Positions 15,901 through 29,521 of a DNA stretch of 64,000 nt are shown here, piece after piece; the first letter of the stretch is position 1; each line of letters begins with the position of its first letter. Both the position numbers and the translations under genes were made by a program. The DNA lies in NCBI GenBank assembly GCA_002245135.1, contig NGBS01000875.1:1-64000 (forward strand), in the 5' to 3' direction. The notes below the pieces were generated by a model. That model worked only from the letters and a program-made list of their open reading frames with translations. It had not been told where the DNA came from and made no database searches. The DNA comes from Proteromonas lacertae. Lineage: Eukaryota.

Positions 15901-18900
15901 CAGTTTTTCAGGCAATTTTATACTCTTGTAACCAGGTGCATAGAATTCTGATTTGTTTTCTAATGAATGTAATAATGAGCTTAAAACATCTAATACTTCT
16001 GTACTAGCAAGATTCAATTCATCAAATAAAAATCCTACTCCATTCTCATTATCTATATTCTCTATCAATAGCTTAGTTATAGTTCCTGGTTTTTCTTCTT
16101 GAGTTTGAGTTTTAGAATCAAGCTGAACTGATCCAAATAACTCCTGAATAGTCATATTTGGACTGAAATTGATTCTATAGAAAGGTATTTTAAATACATG
16201 AAATATGTATTTTGCAATTGCTGATTTTCCACATCCTGGTTCACCTTCTAATATGACAGGAGTGGAGGTTAAAAAACCTAGTAAACAAGTAATCAACATT
16301 TGAACAGTTGTCGGAACAACATAAAACAAAGATTGATTTTCAGTATTCTTTATCTTGTTTAGTAATAAGCAATACTTACTGTAAAAAGCTTCACTGAATA
16401 TCTCTTTAACAACAGATAAACTAATTGTTTCATTTTCATAATTCACATGAAAAAAATTAATCAATGAAGACTTCATTAATGGATTGCTCTGATCTTTTAA
16501 CATTTCTAACTTTGATTGTCCATTCATGGAAATGCAATTAACAAAAATGAGTGAATCATTTGGATTGTTAAAGAAAGACTTCAATTTTTCAGCAATTTGA
16601 TAATGGCTAATTTGGTATTTGTTATTCTTTTCATACATTGGATATCTTAATTTAATTTCTTCATATTTTGGATATGGACAATATATAGGTAAATACATAT
16701 CTTTAAATGCAACTCTCGAATAATCTTCATCATCAACTGTTGCATATAAACCATTTATTTGTGTAATATAATTCATAAATGTTCCTAACGAATCTTCATA
16801 TATACAAAACTGTTTTAAACTTGATCTTCTGCTGTATAAGTTCAATATTCCATGATATCTTGTATATAAAGATTCATTTAATAAATCAATGTGATTCAAT
16901 ATAATATCTTCATTGCATAACAAAGCTTTAGCAATCAAACCTGGTTTGAAGAATATATTGTTACTATTATCATTTGATATATTACTATTGATTTGCAATG
17001 CTTTCTTCCATCTGTCTAATTGAAGAGATGAATGAGATGATGAAGATATTTGACTTATTAATGATAAGAAATCAGATAAATTCGTAACAAGAGTAGAACC
17101 AAGTAAATGAGATGAATCATATGATTTTGATACTTCTATTGTGTTATTGTTGCTGTTATTACTAATACAATCTATAATTAAGGATTTGAATGGGTTTGAT
17201 CCAACTAATAACAATGGACATAATGAATTAATCAATAACATTTTAAACAGACATTCTAAAAACCATTGTTCATTACATGTAACTTTCAATTCACATGTCA
17301 CTTCTATAATGACTTTTCTTAACTTCTTTTCTCCTTCATTATATGTGATTTCTGAGTTAAGAAATTCTTCCAATTCTATTGTTATGTCTTTGTTATATAT
17401 ATCTTTAATTCTATTTAATTTTTCTTTTTCTGTTGGTAGAATAAACAAACTCAGAATATATGGAGTATATTTCTCTTCATAACAATCACATATACTTTTC
17501 AAATATTTCAATTGAACCAATGAAAATACATTATTCAATTCAGATGGAAAACCAAATATTTTTTCTTTACTCTCTTTATCATATTCTTTAACTTCTACTC
17601 TTTCAGCATAAGAAGGTAAAGATTTGAATATTTCATTATTTCCAGAATTAGTGATATTAAGAACAACTCTAAAACCAGGATGTATTGGATAACTTTTACT
17701 AAGATACACAAATTCATCAGTAGTTGAATCAGTTATTGTTTCAAAGAATTCAATTAATTCTTTTGATAATGTTTGTGCATCTTCTACAACAATAATCTCA
17801 CCATTACATATGGCATTAAGGATGATATTATTGTGAAACACTCCATCTTTAGTATAAAATCCAATCAATTGATCAATTTCAGCATCGCCAGATAAATAAA
17901 GGCATTTTCTTTCTAATGGAGTATATGCATTATCAAACATCACATCTAAATAAGATGACTTTCCACATCCTTTATCTCCATATACTACCATCATTCTTGA
18001 TGTGATTAAGTTTTTAACATTTCATCAAGTATTTCATCATTCATATATGAAACATCATAACAGGATCTGTCTACATCATTCTTAAACATCCACTGTTCAA
18101 AATCATATTTCTTCTCTTTGAATATGTTATTGCTAAAATAGCTAATTCCATCGATCTTCATTTTTGAATGAAATTCTCTTCTTAGATCAAAGAGTTCAGC
18201 ATCAGGAGGAATATATAATCTAACAAATCTGTTTAATAGTGCTGGTGAAAAACGACTTAAACCACTTCTTGATGAAGTGGAGATTAATCTAAAATTAGGA
18301 TTAATTATAATCTCTGGATCTTCAGATCTTTCATCAAATCTCACTCCATGTTTACATCCATCATTTGGGATTATCTCAAATAAAGAATTCAATCTTTCAA
18401 TTGAGTTTGATTTCATATGATCTAAGTTCTGTAATATACAAATTTCACCTTTCTGTATACTTGTAAGAAGTGGTGAATCTTTCCATATTGGTTTTCTATC
18501 ATCAGATATAATATAAGTGCCTATCAAATTATCAGCACTCATATCACTTGTACATTTAATCACATTCTTAAGATGATTAGGATAGAATGATTTAATGAAT
18601 GATTTTAGATATTTTCTTGCTAGAAATTCATCATCAGCATATAATAAGACATGACATCCAGATACTAGAGCGAATTTCAATATATAACCAATAGTACACC
18701 AAAAATCACCTCTAATTGGAAAATCACTTTTAATATCTCTCTCAAAACCTTCATATACATAAAGATCAGGTAGTTCATTCTTATAAATCAGGTTAAATGC
18801 ATATAATACTGGAGTACCATTCTTGATCATTGTTATTAATCTAATACAATCTCTTAAAGTATATACTTTATCACAGTATTCATCATTTTCTGCATCTACA

Positions 18901-20933
18901 TGCATTTTAACAATACTATTGATTATATTATCATTGATATTTGGAATATTAAATCCACGTATGATTTCTTTCATCTCATCTTTTGTAATATCAGGGAATT
19001 GTACTGAATTGAAGTACCTAAATCTAGACATCATAGTTGAATCTAATTTTGTTCTTTTATAAGCCATACCTGCTGGATTTTGAGTTGCAACAATTCTAAA
19101 GTTAGGATTCATTTCATACTTCGTATAACCTTTTCCAATTTCATCAATTACCAATTCCTTTGAATCTAATACACTCAACAATGCTTGAATAACTTCAGTA
19201 CTTGACAATGACAATTCATCTAACAACAATACTTTACCTTCAATAAATGCTTCTGAGAATGGTCCAAACTTATAGCTAATTTCTGGTTCACCAACACTTG
19301 AAGTTTTAACGACAATTGTACCAATCAATTCATCAATACTTGAAGATGGACCAAAGTTGTAACGAACTAATGGAATCTGTCCTTTGATACAAACTTGTTC
19401 AACAGAAAATGTCTTTGCACTTGAAGTCTTATTCTCTATTAATAATGGAATACTATGATCGATTGCTTCACTTATAATGGCTGTTCTTTTCTTAGAATTC
19501 TCAGTCTCAATTGCTGAAGGTAAAGCTCTTGATTCTGAAAATCTAAATGGATAAATCTCATATTCTTGATCAACTGTTTTATCATAGTATTTATACACTG
19601 ATTCTGAACTATGGAATATCAATGTATTATAACTACATGATATATTAACATCATTCATAATAATTACATGATCTTTTACATTACTAATGCAATAAAAATA
19701 TATTCTCTTCGGCATAACATTAAAACCATGTGACAATTCAATAAAAGGTAATACGAATGGAATTAATTCATTATCTTCAACTTCCTTGTATAGAAATCTT
19801 ATAAAAGAACCAGTTTCTAAATAGTTTAAACCATATAGCAATGCTGTTGGTAATGAAACAAAAGTATTGTTTCTTGTATCTTGGATATATAAACTTGGTA
19901 TGGGTATAGGTAATGGTTCATCTTCTATCTGTATAAAGATTGAAATATCTGAATAATCTTTCATTAATATTGTATTACATCTTGTTTCTCTTGTTGGAGG
20001 TAATCCCTGTAATATTTTTGCTTCTGGATTATGTTGTTCTTCCACTGCATTTATATTATTAGAAACTTCTATTGGAATAACTACATCATCATCTTCAGGA
20101 TTTAGTATTCTATCATGCTGTACTATAGGAATTGGTTGAGATTGAACTGGCTGTGGTAAGATTGGCTGTGATTGTAACTGAATTTGCTGTTGCATTGCCA
20201 TAGGCAAAAGTGGTTGTGATTGAAATGACGGTTGCAATGGCTGAGATTGTATTTGAGTCTGAATAAATGGTTGATTCTGAAACTGAGGAAGTGATTGTTG
20301 TTGTTGTTGTTGTTGAGGATTATGCAACAAAGGCAAAACAGCAATTGTAGAAGCTGATGATATTGGCGGTGGTTGTGCCTGTGATACTGGAGGTGGAGGT
20401 GTTGAAGTTGGTAAAAATGATGGAGTTGAATTATTGATTTGTTTTACTGATTCTTTACCATCATTATTATCAAATATTTCTATATATATTTTATCGGCAT
20501 AACAATAATCACTCAGATATGCATCATCGTGGAGCACAATTCCTAATATAGATAATCTACTATTTGGGCAACCCAACACTTCCTTCAAATCTTTAACAAA
20601 TATGGAGGTTTCAGTTTCCATATCTTCTACTAAGCCATCTACAGTAATAACACAATTTTCTGGTGGAATTCTATCGTTGAATACATCTAATTGTGATTTT
20701 GTTGTTAGATTCAAAATCTCAACTGGACTATTGTCATAGTCCACTTTTACACCACTTTCATGGACAATCAAATTCAGCCTACCCACTGGGATTTGACATA
20801 AACCCTATTTCATAAAATCACATAAAAATACACTTATTTGTTTCAACAAGCCTGTAGTAGTATTACCTTTAATTTTTACCAACAATTTCTTAACTGCATT
20901 GTTCCAACTATAAGAAATTATCTTGTTTGACAT
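6912..20933 (-). CDS. Giant midasin/dynein-related AAA+ ATPase (~4,660 aa) with tandem ubiquitin-like N-terminal domains and three vWA domains
   Basis: ORFs of 926, 2094 and 1548 aa abut through single-base shifts (~18010, ~11730). The first exon (ATG 20933) joins through one 27-nt GT-AG intron (20805-20831). Six AAA modules: intact Walker A in GDKGCGKS, GEPGCGKS, GPSPSGKS; Walker B LLLDELS, FLFDELN, VMIEDVN; sensor 'PNFRIVATQNP'. vWA motifs VVIDTS, IVIDAS, VIMDCTGTM. Confidence 0.85.
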
Positions 20934-21071
20934 TTCTTGTAATGAATGTCCAAGCAAAATGAATAGGAATCCAAGCTTTTTTTCACTTTTTACTGATTTG
21001 TCATTTTTTACAAATCGCAAATACAACGATATCATAAAGAATAATAGATTTAATGACAAATAACAATTTAA

Positions 21072-21846
21072 TTAAAAAATCTTGACCAAAACCAAAATTG
21101 CCAATATAATTATCAATAATGCAATACAACAGTACATTGATGCATTCTTTGCACTTACTGTCACTTTTTTAGTGTGATCAGTCTCCATTTTTAATCTTTG
21201 ATTAGCTACAGTAACATCATCATCCAAATTGTCTAACAATCTAGCTTGTAACTGTGTCTCGTCATTTATAGTTGTTGCTATTTCATGCAAATTATCTACA
21301 GTATCAGATAATACATCAATCACTACATCTTGCTCTAAAGATAAATAGAAAAATAGAAAAAATACTTTTCATTTCCATTTGTTGTAATGATAATATATCA
21401 TTGTTCGACATATCGTCAGATATTTGCATTTTGTCTTGACCTCCTGCATGTGATCCCAATAAATCTGCTCTACTTCCTCCTTGACTTAAAGTCCTTACCA
21501 AATCATTCTTTTGTTTTGTCATTGTTGCTAATAAATCTCTTTTGCCTTTCAATTCTTTGGGTGGACTAAATAAGAAAATATGTTTCAATTAGAATACATA
21601 TTGAATTTTGCTGGATTATCTTCGAAAACCATCAAGTCTTTTGATAATTTTGTTAGATTAGCTTCGAGTTTTGATATATCTTCACTAGTCTAGTATAAAT
21701 AGGCATTATAACTAATACTGACCCAGATTTACCAGTTTGGATCTTTTTTCTTATTTGCTAAATTTAATATTACTCATATAAATTTATACTTGTATTAATT
21801 TGGATGTAGATTGGAAAACTGAATCCCATTCTGCTATACTTGGCAT
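21072..21846 (-). CDS. Qc-SNARE (syntaxin-8/SYP5 or syntaxin-6 like)
   Basis: SNARE heptad 'LHEIATTINDETQLQARLLDNLDDDV' followed by a C-terminal TM 'YCCIALLIIILAILVLV'. Four short GT-AG introns. Confidence 0.85.
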
Positions 21847-22006
21847 TTTTTCTAAATATTTTTATAATGGAATAATATAAGAATATAGATTTGATAAAAA
21901 TGTTAGATATATACATATAAACTCAAAAACACTGCTAAAAATTGTGTCTTAAAAATTAAAACCCAAGCTTTATTCAAGCTTTTGATTTGTTAGAATTTTT
22001 GGATTT

Positions 22007-23038
22007 ATGAGTGAATCTAGTTGTATTTTCATTGATAAAGGTAATAAAGATTTAGGAAAAGCAATCTATAATGCCTTGAGCGAGAAGTATAAATAGAGTT
22101 TTTTATTTCTAGCTCAATTCTTCTAGTAAACATATGTGATTTTGATGGTATTTTTATAGAATCTAATTTATGCTAATAAAATTATAGACGTTGAGTATCA
22201 ACTTCAAATAGACAAAGAAACAATAAATATCTTAACTGTTCGTGTTAGATTCCCGTTATACCCAGATTTAATTCCGTATGCATAATTATTTATAAATATC
22301 AATAATAGATTTGGTATAGAAAACATATTGAAAGATCATTTAAAAGGAATCTTCTTCCTCAAAGCAACTGAGGAATGGAACATAGTATTTCAACTAGACA
22401 AAACAAAATTACCCGCTACAAAAGAAGTATTATCACAATCCATCAGTGAAATAAGATCTGTAGCATATTCAGTTCCATTATCAAAATATTTCAACGCTAT
22501 TCATAGTCATACATTAAATCAATTGAAACCAGTTCAATTACATTATAGACTAGGTGAATCTATCTATATTGTACCTTATACGGATAGTGTTAGTGTAATA
22601 TTTGGAATTACAGCTGCTGATCCTAATGATATGCCTTTATTTCGTGTAACTTTACAAGAATATGTTGATGCGCAGAGACGTGTTCCTAGTGCTCCATCGA
22701 TTAGCTTCTCGGCTAAATGTCCTGCTGATATTCAATCATTACCAACCTCTGAAGATACTACACACTTAGCTGGATATTTGAACTTCAGTATTTTCCTTTG
22801 TATTATAATATTCTATATAGCATTTGGTTCAGCTCATGTTCCAAAAGATAGAATTCCTAAAGTTTGCACTAATTTGATGAATTTGAGATCCTATTTGGGA
22901 TATCATATGAGTGCATTGAAAACTGAATTGCATTATAGATTGAGAGGTAAAACAAACAAGATGCTTCACAGTATTTACTATTCTTTCATATTTTTTATAG
23001 CTTTAAGTGATGCTCGTATAGCTACAGAAGCTAACTAA
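22007..23038 (+). CDS. ARPC2: Arp2/3 complex 34 kDa subunit
   Basis: 'ICDFD', 'LHYRLGESIYIV', 'VSVIFGI', 'VTLQEYVDAQRRVPSAPSISF', 'LGYHMSALKTELHYRLRGK'. Confidence 0.88.
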
Positions 23039-23140
23039 TTATACTTTTACCATATTATGTTAAATTAATGTGTATTTGTTGAGATATAAGAAAAAAAACA
23101 AATAAAAAAGCTTGAATTTATCGAACTTTATTCTTGAAAA

Positions 23141-26100
23141 ATGGAGTATAAAAATCTCATTACCCAGAGCTCAATCTGTTCTGAAGATTTTCTGGAACAT
23201 TTTAACCTACACTCGGTAACCGTTAAGCAACTAGTAGATGCATTTAAGTATAACAGTTAATCTCTATTTTTAATAGAAGTAATTGTGATGGTAAAATTAA
23301 GAGACAAGATTTATTCAATATTTTTCAAGCTTTTGCAACTAATAATGTATATAGAATATCGATTATAAACCATATAGAGTTTGGTCGATAAGACTCAACA
23401 ATGCAAACTGTTGAATCAGCTATTTGATATATTTGACAAAGATGGTAATGGTTATGTGGACTATAAAGAATGTGTATCAGGAATTTTATTTTTCTGCAAA
23501 GATAATGAGAAAGAGAAGTTCCATACATTATTCAAACTGTATGACCTTAATGGAGATGGATACATAACTAAGCAAGAGATGGAAACTAACTTAGAAAATA
23601 TATTCAAAGTAATGAATCTATTTAAAACCAACTATATTCAGAAGATGGGGTATTTATAGAATGTATATTATGTATATAAATAGAATTGATCCACATGAAT
23701 TAGCAATACAAACAACAGAAAAGTGTTTTTTTGAAGCTGATAAAAATGATGATTCTTTATTGAGTGAAAGTGAATTTTTAAATTGGTGTTTAACGGAGAA
23801 TAAAATAAAATTTAATATCGATAAATACAGAAATGAAGTATTCTACAATGTCACAGTTGATCAACTAATATCACTATTTAGTAAATCATCAAAAGACTAT
23901 AAAATCAGTAAAAGAAATTTCAAGAAAATTCTGAAACATATTTATATTGATTCTGACACATCTATTGATCAAGATGAATTTGATAATTTCTGTGATATGT
24001 TGTTTAATTTATTTAACATTAATACTAACAACAATAACAATAAAAATAGAAAATCTTTTAAATTAAAATCACCCCCAAAAATTAACGAAAAAAAGCTACC
24101 ACCTTCTCCAACCACTCCAATAACTCCAACTGATGATGAGAATATAGATAATAATAATAATAATAATAATACAATAATAATCCCTGAAACTCCTTACGAT
24201 AATGTATTAATCAATACACGTCAGTTAATTGCAGGATTATCCATATTCTGTATTGGAACAAATAAAACGAAAGAAATATTCGATTTCTTTGATATTAATA
24301 ACGATGGATTTATATCATTTCAGGAACTATATGATTATTTGTATAGTATTTATCGAGTATTATATTATACCGATTTATATTCAACTAAATATTCACCTTA
24401 TCAAATAGCTTATTATGTTACAATTAATTGTTTTAAAGATAATAATAATAAGAGCGTTGATACTCCATTGACATTTAACGAGTTTCATGATTGGTATTCA
24501 AATGATAAACGATATGATGATATATTGAATAAAAGTAGTGAAAATGGGATTTGTCTAACAGAGGATTTTATTAAGGAAGCTGAACTAATGAACACCAATG
24601 CATCTTCACCTTCTGATTATTGTAGTAATAATATTATAAATAAACAAGATATTGAAAATACAGAAAATACACCTAATACAGATAATACAAATAATACACT
24701 AAATACAATAAAGACAGATAATGATGAAATACAGTTACCAGCTATTAATACAAATATTCCATCACCCAGAAGAGCAGATTCTATCTCCTCTACTGATAAT
24801 CCCTCATTATATAGACAATTAAGTTCATCAGCCAATTCTCCAAGTAAAAATTCTAATCCAATCACCTCTAATGATTTTCACTCATTAATATCCATATTAG
24901 ATGTAATCAACACAGATGGTAAGAATGAAGTGTTTAATTTAAAGCAATGGAGGTCATTCACTAGAGAATTATGTTATGAAGAGAGTGTAGGTGACCATTT
25001 ATTTGCTAACTTCAATAATAGCAGTAATGGTTCAACAATTAATGTAAAAGACTTAATTCCATTGTTTATATTATTTTCATCCTCATCTAGACCTGTTAAA
25101 ATTCAAGCATCATTCAATTATTGTTATTATAAAGAAAGAAATTCACGAATCACATCACAGAGAATGATTACAAAGGAACATAATAAAGAGATGATAAGTA
25201 AAGATAATATTAAACAATATTTATATTTACCTTACAAACTATTATTTTCATTGAATATAATCAAGAAAGAGGAAGATGAATTGGATGATTATATTGATAC
25301 AATGTTTACAACATTTGGTGATCACAATGAAGTGAGTTATGAAGATTTTTATGAATGGTTTTCAACACTACAAATCGAGAAACATGAATTATCAAGATTA
25401 TTCAGTTTAGATGAAATAGAAGAAGAAAGTGAAATAGAAAATTCGCCTGGTAGAAGATCCAGATCCTCAAGTTTAAGCTTGATAACAAACGAGTTTGTTG
25501 ATTATGTTGATGTACAACCATTAACACCTTGGTTAAATGTATGGAGTATAAAAGAAATGATTAAAATACAAAGATTTACATTAAGAGATATATATGATTT
25601 GTTATTGAAAGCAAGTGATGATAATCAATATATTACAGAAGATGAATATAAAAATATATTCGTTTCAAGTGTAATACCAACTGTTCAAGGTAGTAGTATA
25701 ACTAATTCAAGAATATTGAATGTATATAGCGATATATTCAAAATTGTAAAGAAAAACAATGAGAGTGGTAAAGCAGATATATTTCATATTATCTATTGTT
25801 TATCTTTATTCTATGAAAGTGAAAATCCAGATATTGAAGTAGGTAAGCTGTTATATGAATTTATCACTTACTATGATAGACAATTAAATGCAATTACTTT
25901 CCATTCACTTTATGTTTATATATCAAATGTAATAGAAGTCTTCTTTTTTATTAACAATAAATATGAAGATACTATTAAAATATCAAAAGATCAAGTCAAA
26001 TTAAGAGTAACAAAATGGTTATTATATCAAGGAGATCAAAATTTTAGAGGAATTTTAACACAATCAGATTTCTTAGACTTATATAGTAACAGTAAAATCC

Positions 26101-28654
26101 ATTTAAGAATATGTGAATCTATTTCTACTGAGATGTGTTATACTGAACTTCCTAACTTACAATTATTACTACAACTTTCTCAATTAGTTTATTGTAGTAT
26201 TGTTCATATTAAACCATTGTTTTATACCTCCAATAATAATAATAATAATAACATTACACTGGAAGAGTTTATAGAATTAATGAATAAATATATAGGTTAC
26301 TATATGCATTATAATTTAGCTGAGATTAATCAAGCAAGAGTTGTTTGGACTTATATATTTAATGTGATAGGAAATAATCAAAAACAAACATCTAAATCTC
26401 AATTATTATCTTGTTTAGCTATGTTAAGTCAACATAATGCAAGTGATTTAGTGACTTTTATATTTAATCATTATCATAATAATACGAATTATATAAGTTA
26501 TTATGATGTATTACAGTTTATGTTACCTTTTGCTACTTTAATATATACAATTGAACCAATATTGAGATTGGATAATTTATATACAGATAATACTCCAACT
26601 ACATTTTTACAATATATATTGAATGATTTATGTAATTTGTATGGTATTCATTTATATGACAATCAATCAAAGAGTAATTTCAATAATCCATCTCCACAAC
26701 AACAACAACAAATAAAAATATCAAAGCATAAGTTGTTATCCTATTTCAAAACTCATAATATCTATGAAATATTGTTATATAAAAAGAATGATATTATAAC
26801 ATGTAAAAACTTGAATTATCATATTAATTGTTCAATTAAAAATTTAAACTTATCATATCAAAGATTAGTGGATCTATTTAATGATATAGGAAGTTGGAAA
26901 ACTACTTCTAATAAAATACCATTCAAAACATTGTTGATGTGCTATGAATTGATTGATTCTGAAGTAGATTTCCCAAAGATATGTGAATTATCTAGAATCT
27001 ACAACTATATAACAAATAATAATTATTTCAATCTAAATGCAAATGATTTGATCATTATATTGTTATTGCTGTGTAATACGACATCTATAAACAGAGCAAT
27101 TTCAATTTTCAAGTTTTATGATGTTGATAATGATAATGTAATATCTCGACAAGACTTAGAGAGTTTTCTGAGATTAGTATTTAATTTTATTTACCATTTT
27201 ATTCTTCCTGATGATGAATTGATATCACTTAATTATCGTGTGAATGATTCTATTGATCAGTTTATATCTGAAATGCAACCAGAACCAATTATGATGGATG
27301 GATTGAAGAAAGAAACTGTAAATATGCCAATCACAATAGATGTGTTTATTAAACAAATATTGAAGCAAAAGATTGAAATAAGAAATCAGTTTATCACATT
27401 TAAAAATCTATTTCATATAAAATATAGAGTGATAGATCCAGAAATAATCGATTATAATTATGATAATTACTGTTTCCAATTATCACCAGTAACTGAAGGT
27501 TTATTAAAGTCATTGAAATTATCTAAGAAATACACTGAAAGGAAATCACTTCAAGAGTTGAAAATAACCTCTAAATTGTTTAGATATGATATACATAATG
27601 TATTTCAATCATTATTATACTATTCATGTGGTTATAATGTAAATTACAGTCAATTCGTAAGAGGAATGCATATTCTATTCCCTGATTATTGTAATGATGA
27701 TAAACAATATAAACTATTTGAAGAAATATTTAAACTTTATGTTAATCACAATACGAAACAATAGTCCTAATAATTACCAAATGTCACCTAGTTTAATACC
27801 ATTACCAGATCCATCAAAAGGATATAATCTTAATAATGAAGAAGTAGATGTTTATGATATTTGTTATGCATTGAATTTCGTGTGCTAAGAATTCATATAT
27901 CTCTCCTATGGATATATGTAAAAGTGAAACAATTCCAATTGATTCTGTGAAGAGATATTATAAAGCAGTTGAAAGATTCTTGTACTATTTGGATGCTGAT
28001 AAATATGAAAATATGAAGTTGAATTACTCTTTATTAAATGATGTTTTGTTATACACACATGATAAAGAGTATTTTACAATGTCTGAATTTGCTAATTGGA
28101 TTAGTTTGAAAGAGAATATAATAACAAAAGGATATAACATCATTGCAACTTATTTTGGTATTACTTCTAGAAATGTTAAAGAAATAAAAGAAATATTTAA
28201 AGAAGAATTCTTTACTTTAGATAAAGAGATTAGTTGTAATGAGTTTATTAAGATATGTGTAAAATTGAATAAGCTATATGTAAATGGTCAAAATGATTAT
28301 AAAAACACTTTTCCATTAGCAAGATCGATCTATAAATATATCCATATTTATGCTCCTAAAATGACTTGCAACAAGATAATAGAATATTGTTTAAAGATAA
28401 TGAAACATAGAAACCCAAGGTTTATATTCTTCATGATTGATAGATATAATAACAATTATATTACTTACAACGATATTATTCATTTCATTCAGTTGCTATT
28501 AACAATTGAAGAAAAAGTGAATAACGGTTTTACATCAATATATATGCCATCTTATGAAGTATCTAAAATCATAGCTGATGATATGTACCAGAAGAATAAT
28601 ACACCTTTAGATAAAAGAATTGAATGTAAATCATTCAAATGGCAGACTAATTAA
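23141..28654 (+). CDS. Large multi-EF-hand protein built from repeated recoverin/calcineurin-B-like units (~1,800 aa)
   Basis: EF loops DKDGNGYVDYKE, DLNGDGYITKQE, DKNDDSLLSESE, DINNDGFISFQE, DVDNDNVISRQD. ORFs joined by three introns and two +1 shifts (~27755, ~27880). 3' end uncertain. Confidence 0.8.
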
Positions 28655-28823
28655 AAGAAATTTGGTTATTTATTAATATTCATAGGCATTTATGTTGATA
28701 ATTATAGTTATATACATATATATCTATTCAATACTTGTTTTTTTAGTATATGTAAAGCAGAACCATAATCTGTAAAAAAACAATATTTGAAAAATGACAA
28801 ATTACATAAATTAGATATAAATT

Positions 28824-29330
28824 TTACGGTTGGTTTGTTGCAGTATTATCAGAAATGTTATTTCTTCCTAGTGTTTGAACTGCAACAGGCACTCGCGCAA
28901 AATTGAAATATCTAGTCACATATTTACATACAGCACATGATCTTTTATTCTGTCTTTCCTTACACACCTTGTAATGCTTCAGCATCCCCTTTATTTTCAC
29001 ACAAAAGTCCAGTTTACAAGATCGATTATGACAACTCCTTATATGTGCGATTTGGATGTTTACCATCTATTAGTAAAAAATCAGAATGAAGTATACTTGT
29101 TTCATTTGCGTCATACATACTAATTTACTTTGTTTCCTATCGATAGGCGGTGTAACGCGTGTCCCACCCCCTGGTCCTTTACAAAAATCTGTATTTATTG
29201 ATCTCTGAGCAGACTCATCGTATTCATTTAGAAATCTGCTGACGATAGTTTGTGCTTCTTCAATAAGGCCATTATATTTCTCATTATGTATATCATATTT
29301 TATATTTTTTAAATTTGACATCATAAACAC
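28824..29330 (-). CDS. Small TAZ zinc-finger protein
   Basis: 'HIRSCHNRSCKLDFCVKIKGMLKHYKVCKERQNKRSCAVC' fits zf-TAZ H/C spacing. Intron near 29068-29095. 5' exon unresolved. Confidence 0.7.
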
Positions 29331-29521
29331 ACTCTATACGAATAGAACAAGCTTCCTTTAGTGTATTCTCAAAAAATCCTTTATTTGTAATGACAAAACT
29401 TGGCTTGAATTTAGATTCAAACCAATTTTACATAATTCCGTTTTACACCCTCAAAAATCACAAAAAAATAATTATATATTATTTTCAAGATAATTATAAA
29501 AAAATCAAAACTCTGTAAAAA

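Noticed and set aside
7564..17482. Plus-strand ORFs antisense to the giant AAA gene (7564, 9370, 10390, 11425, 13182, 14822, 15365, 17141)
   Set aside because: Shadow ORFs of a long coding strand, rich in I/L/S/F, with no recognisable motifs.
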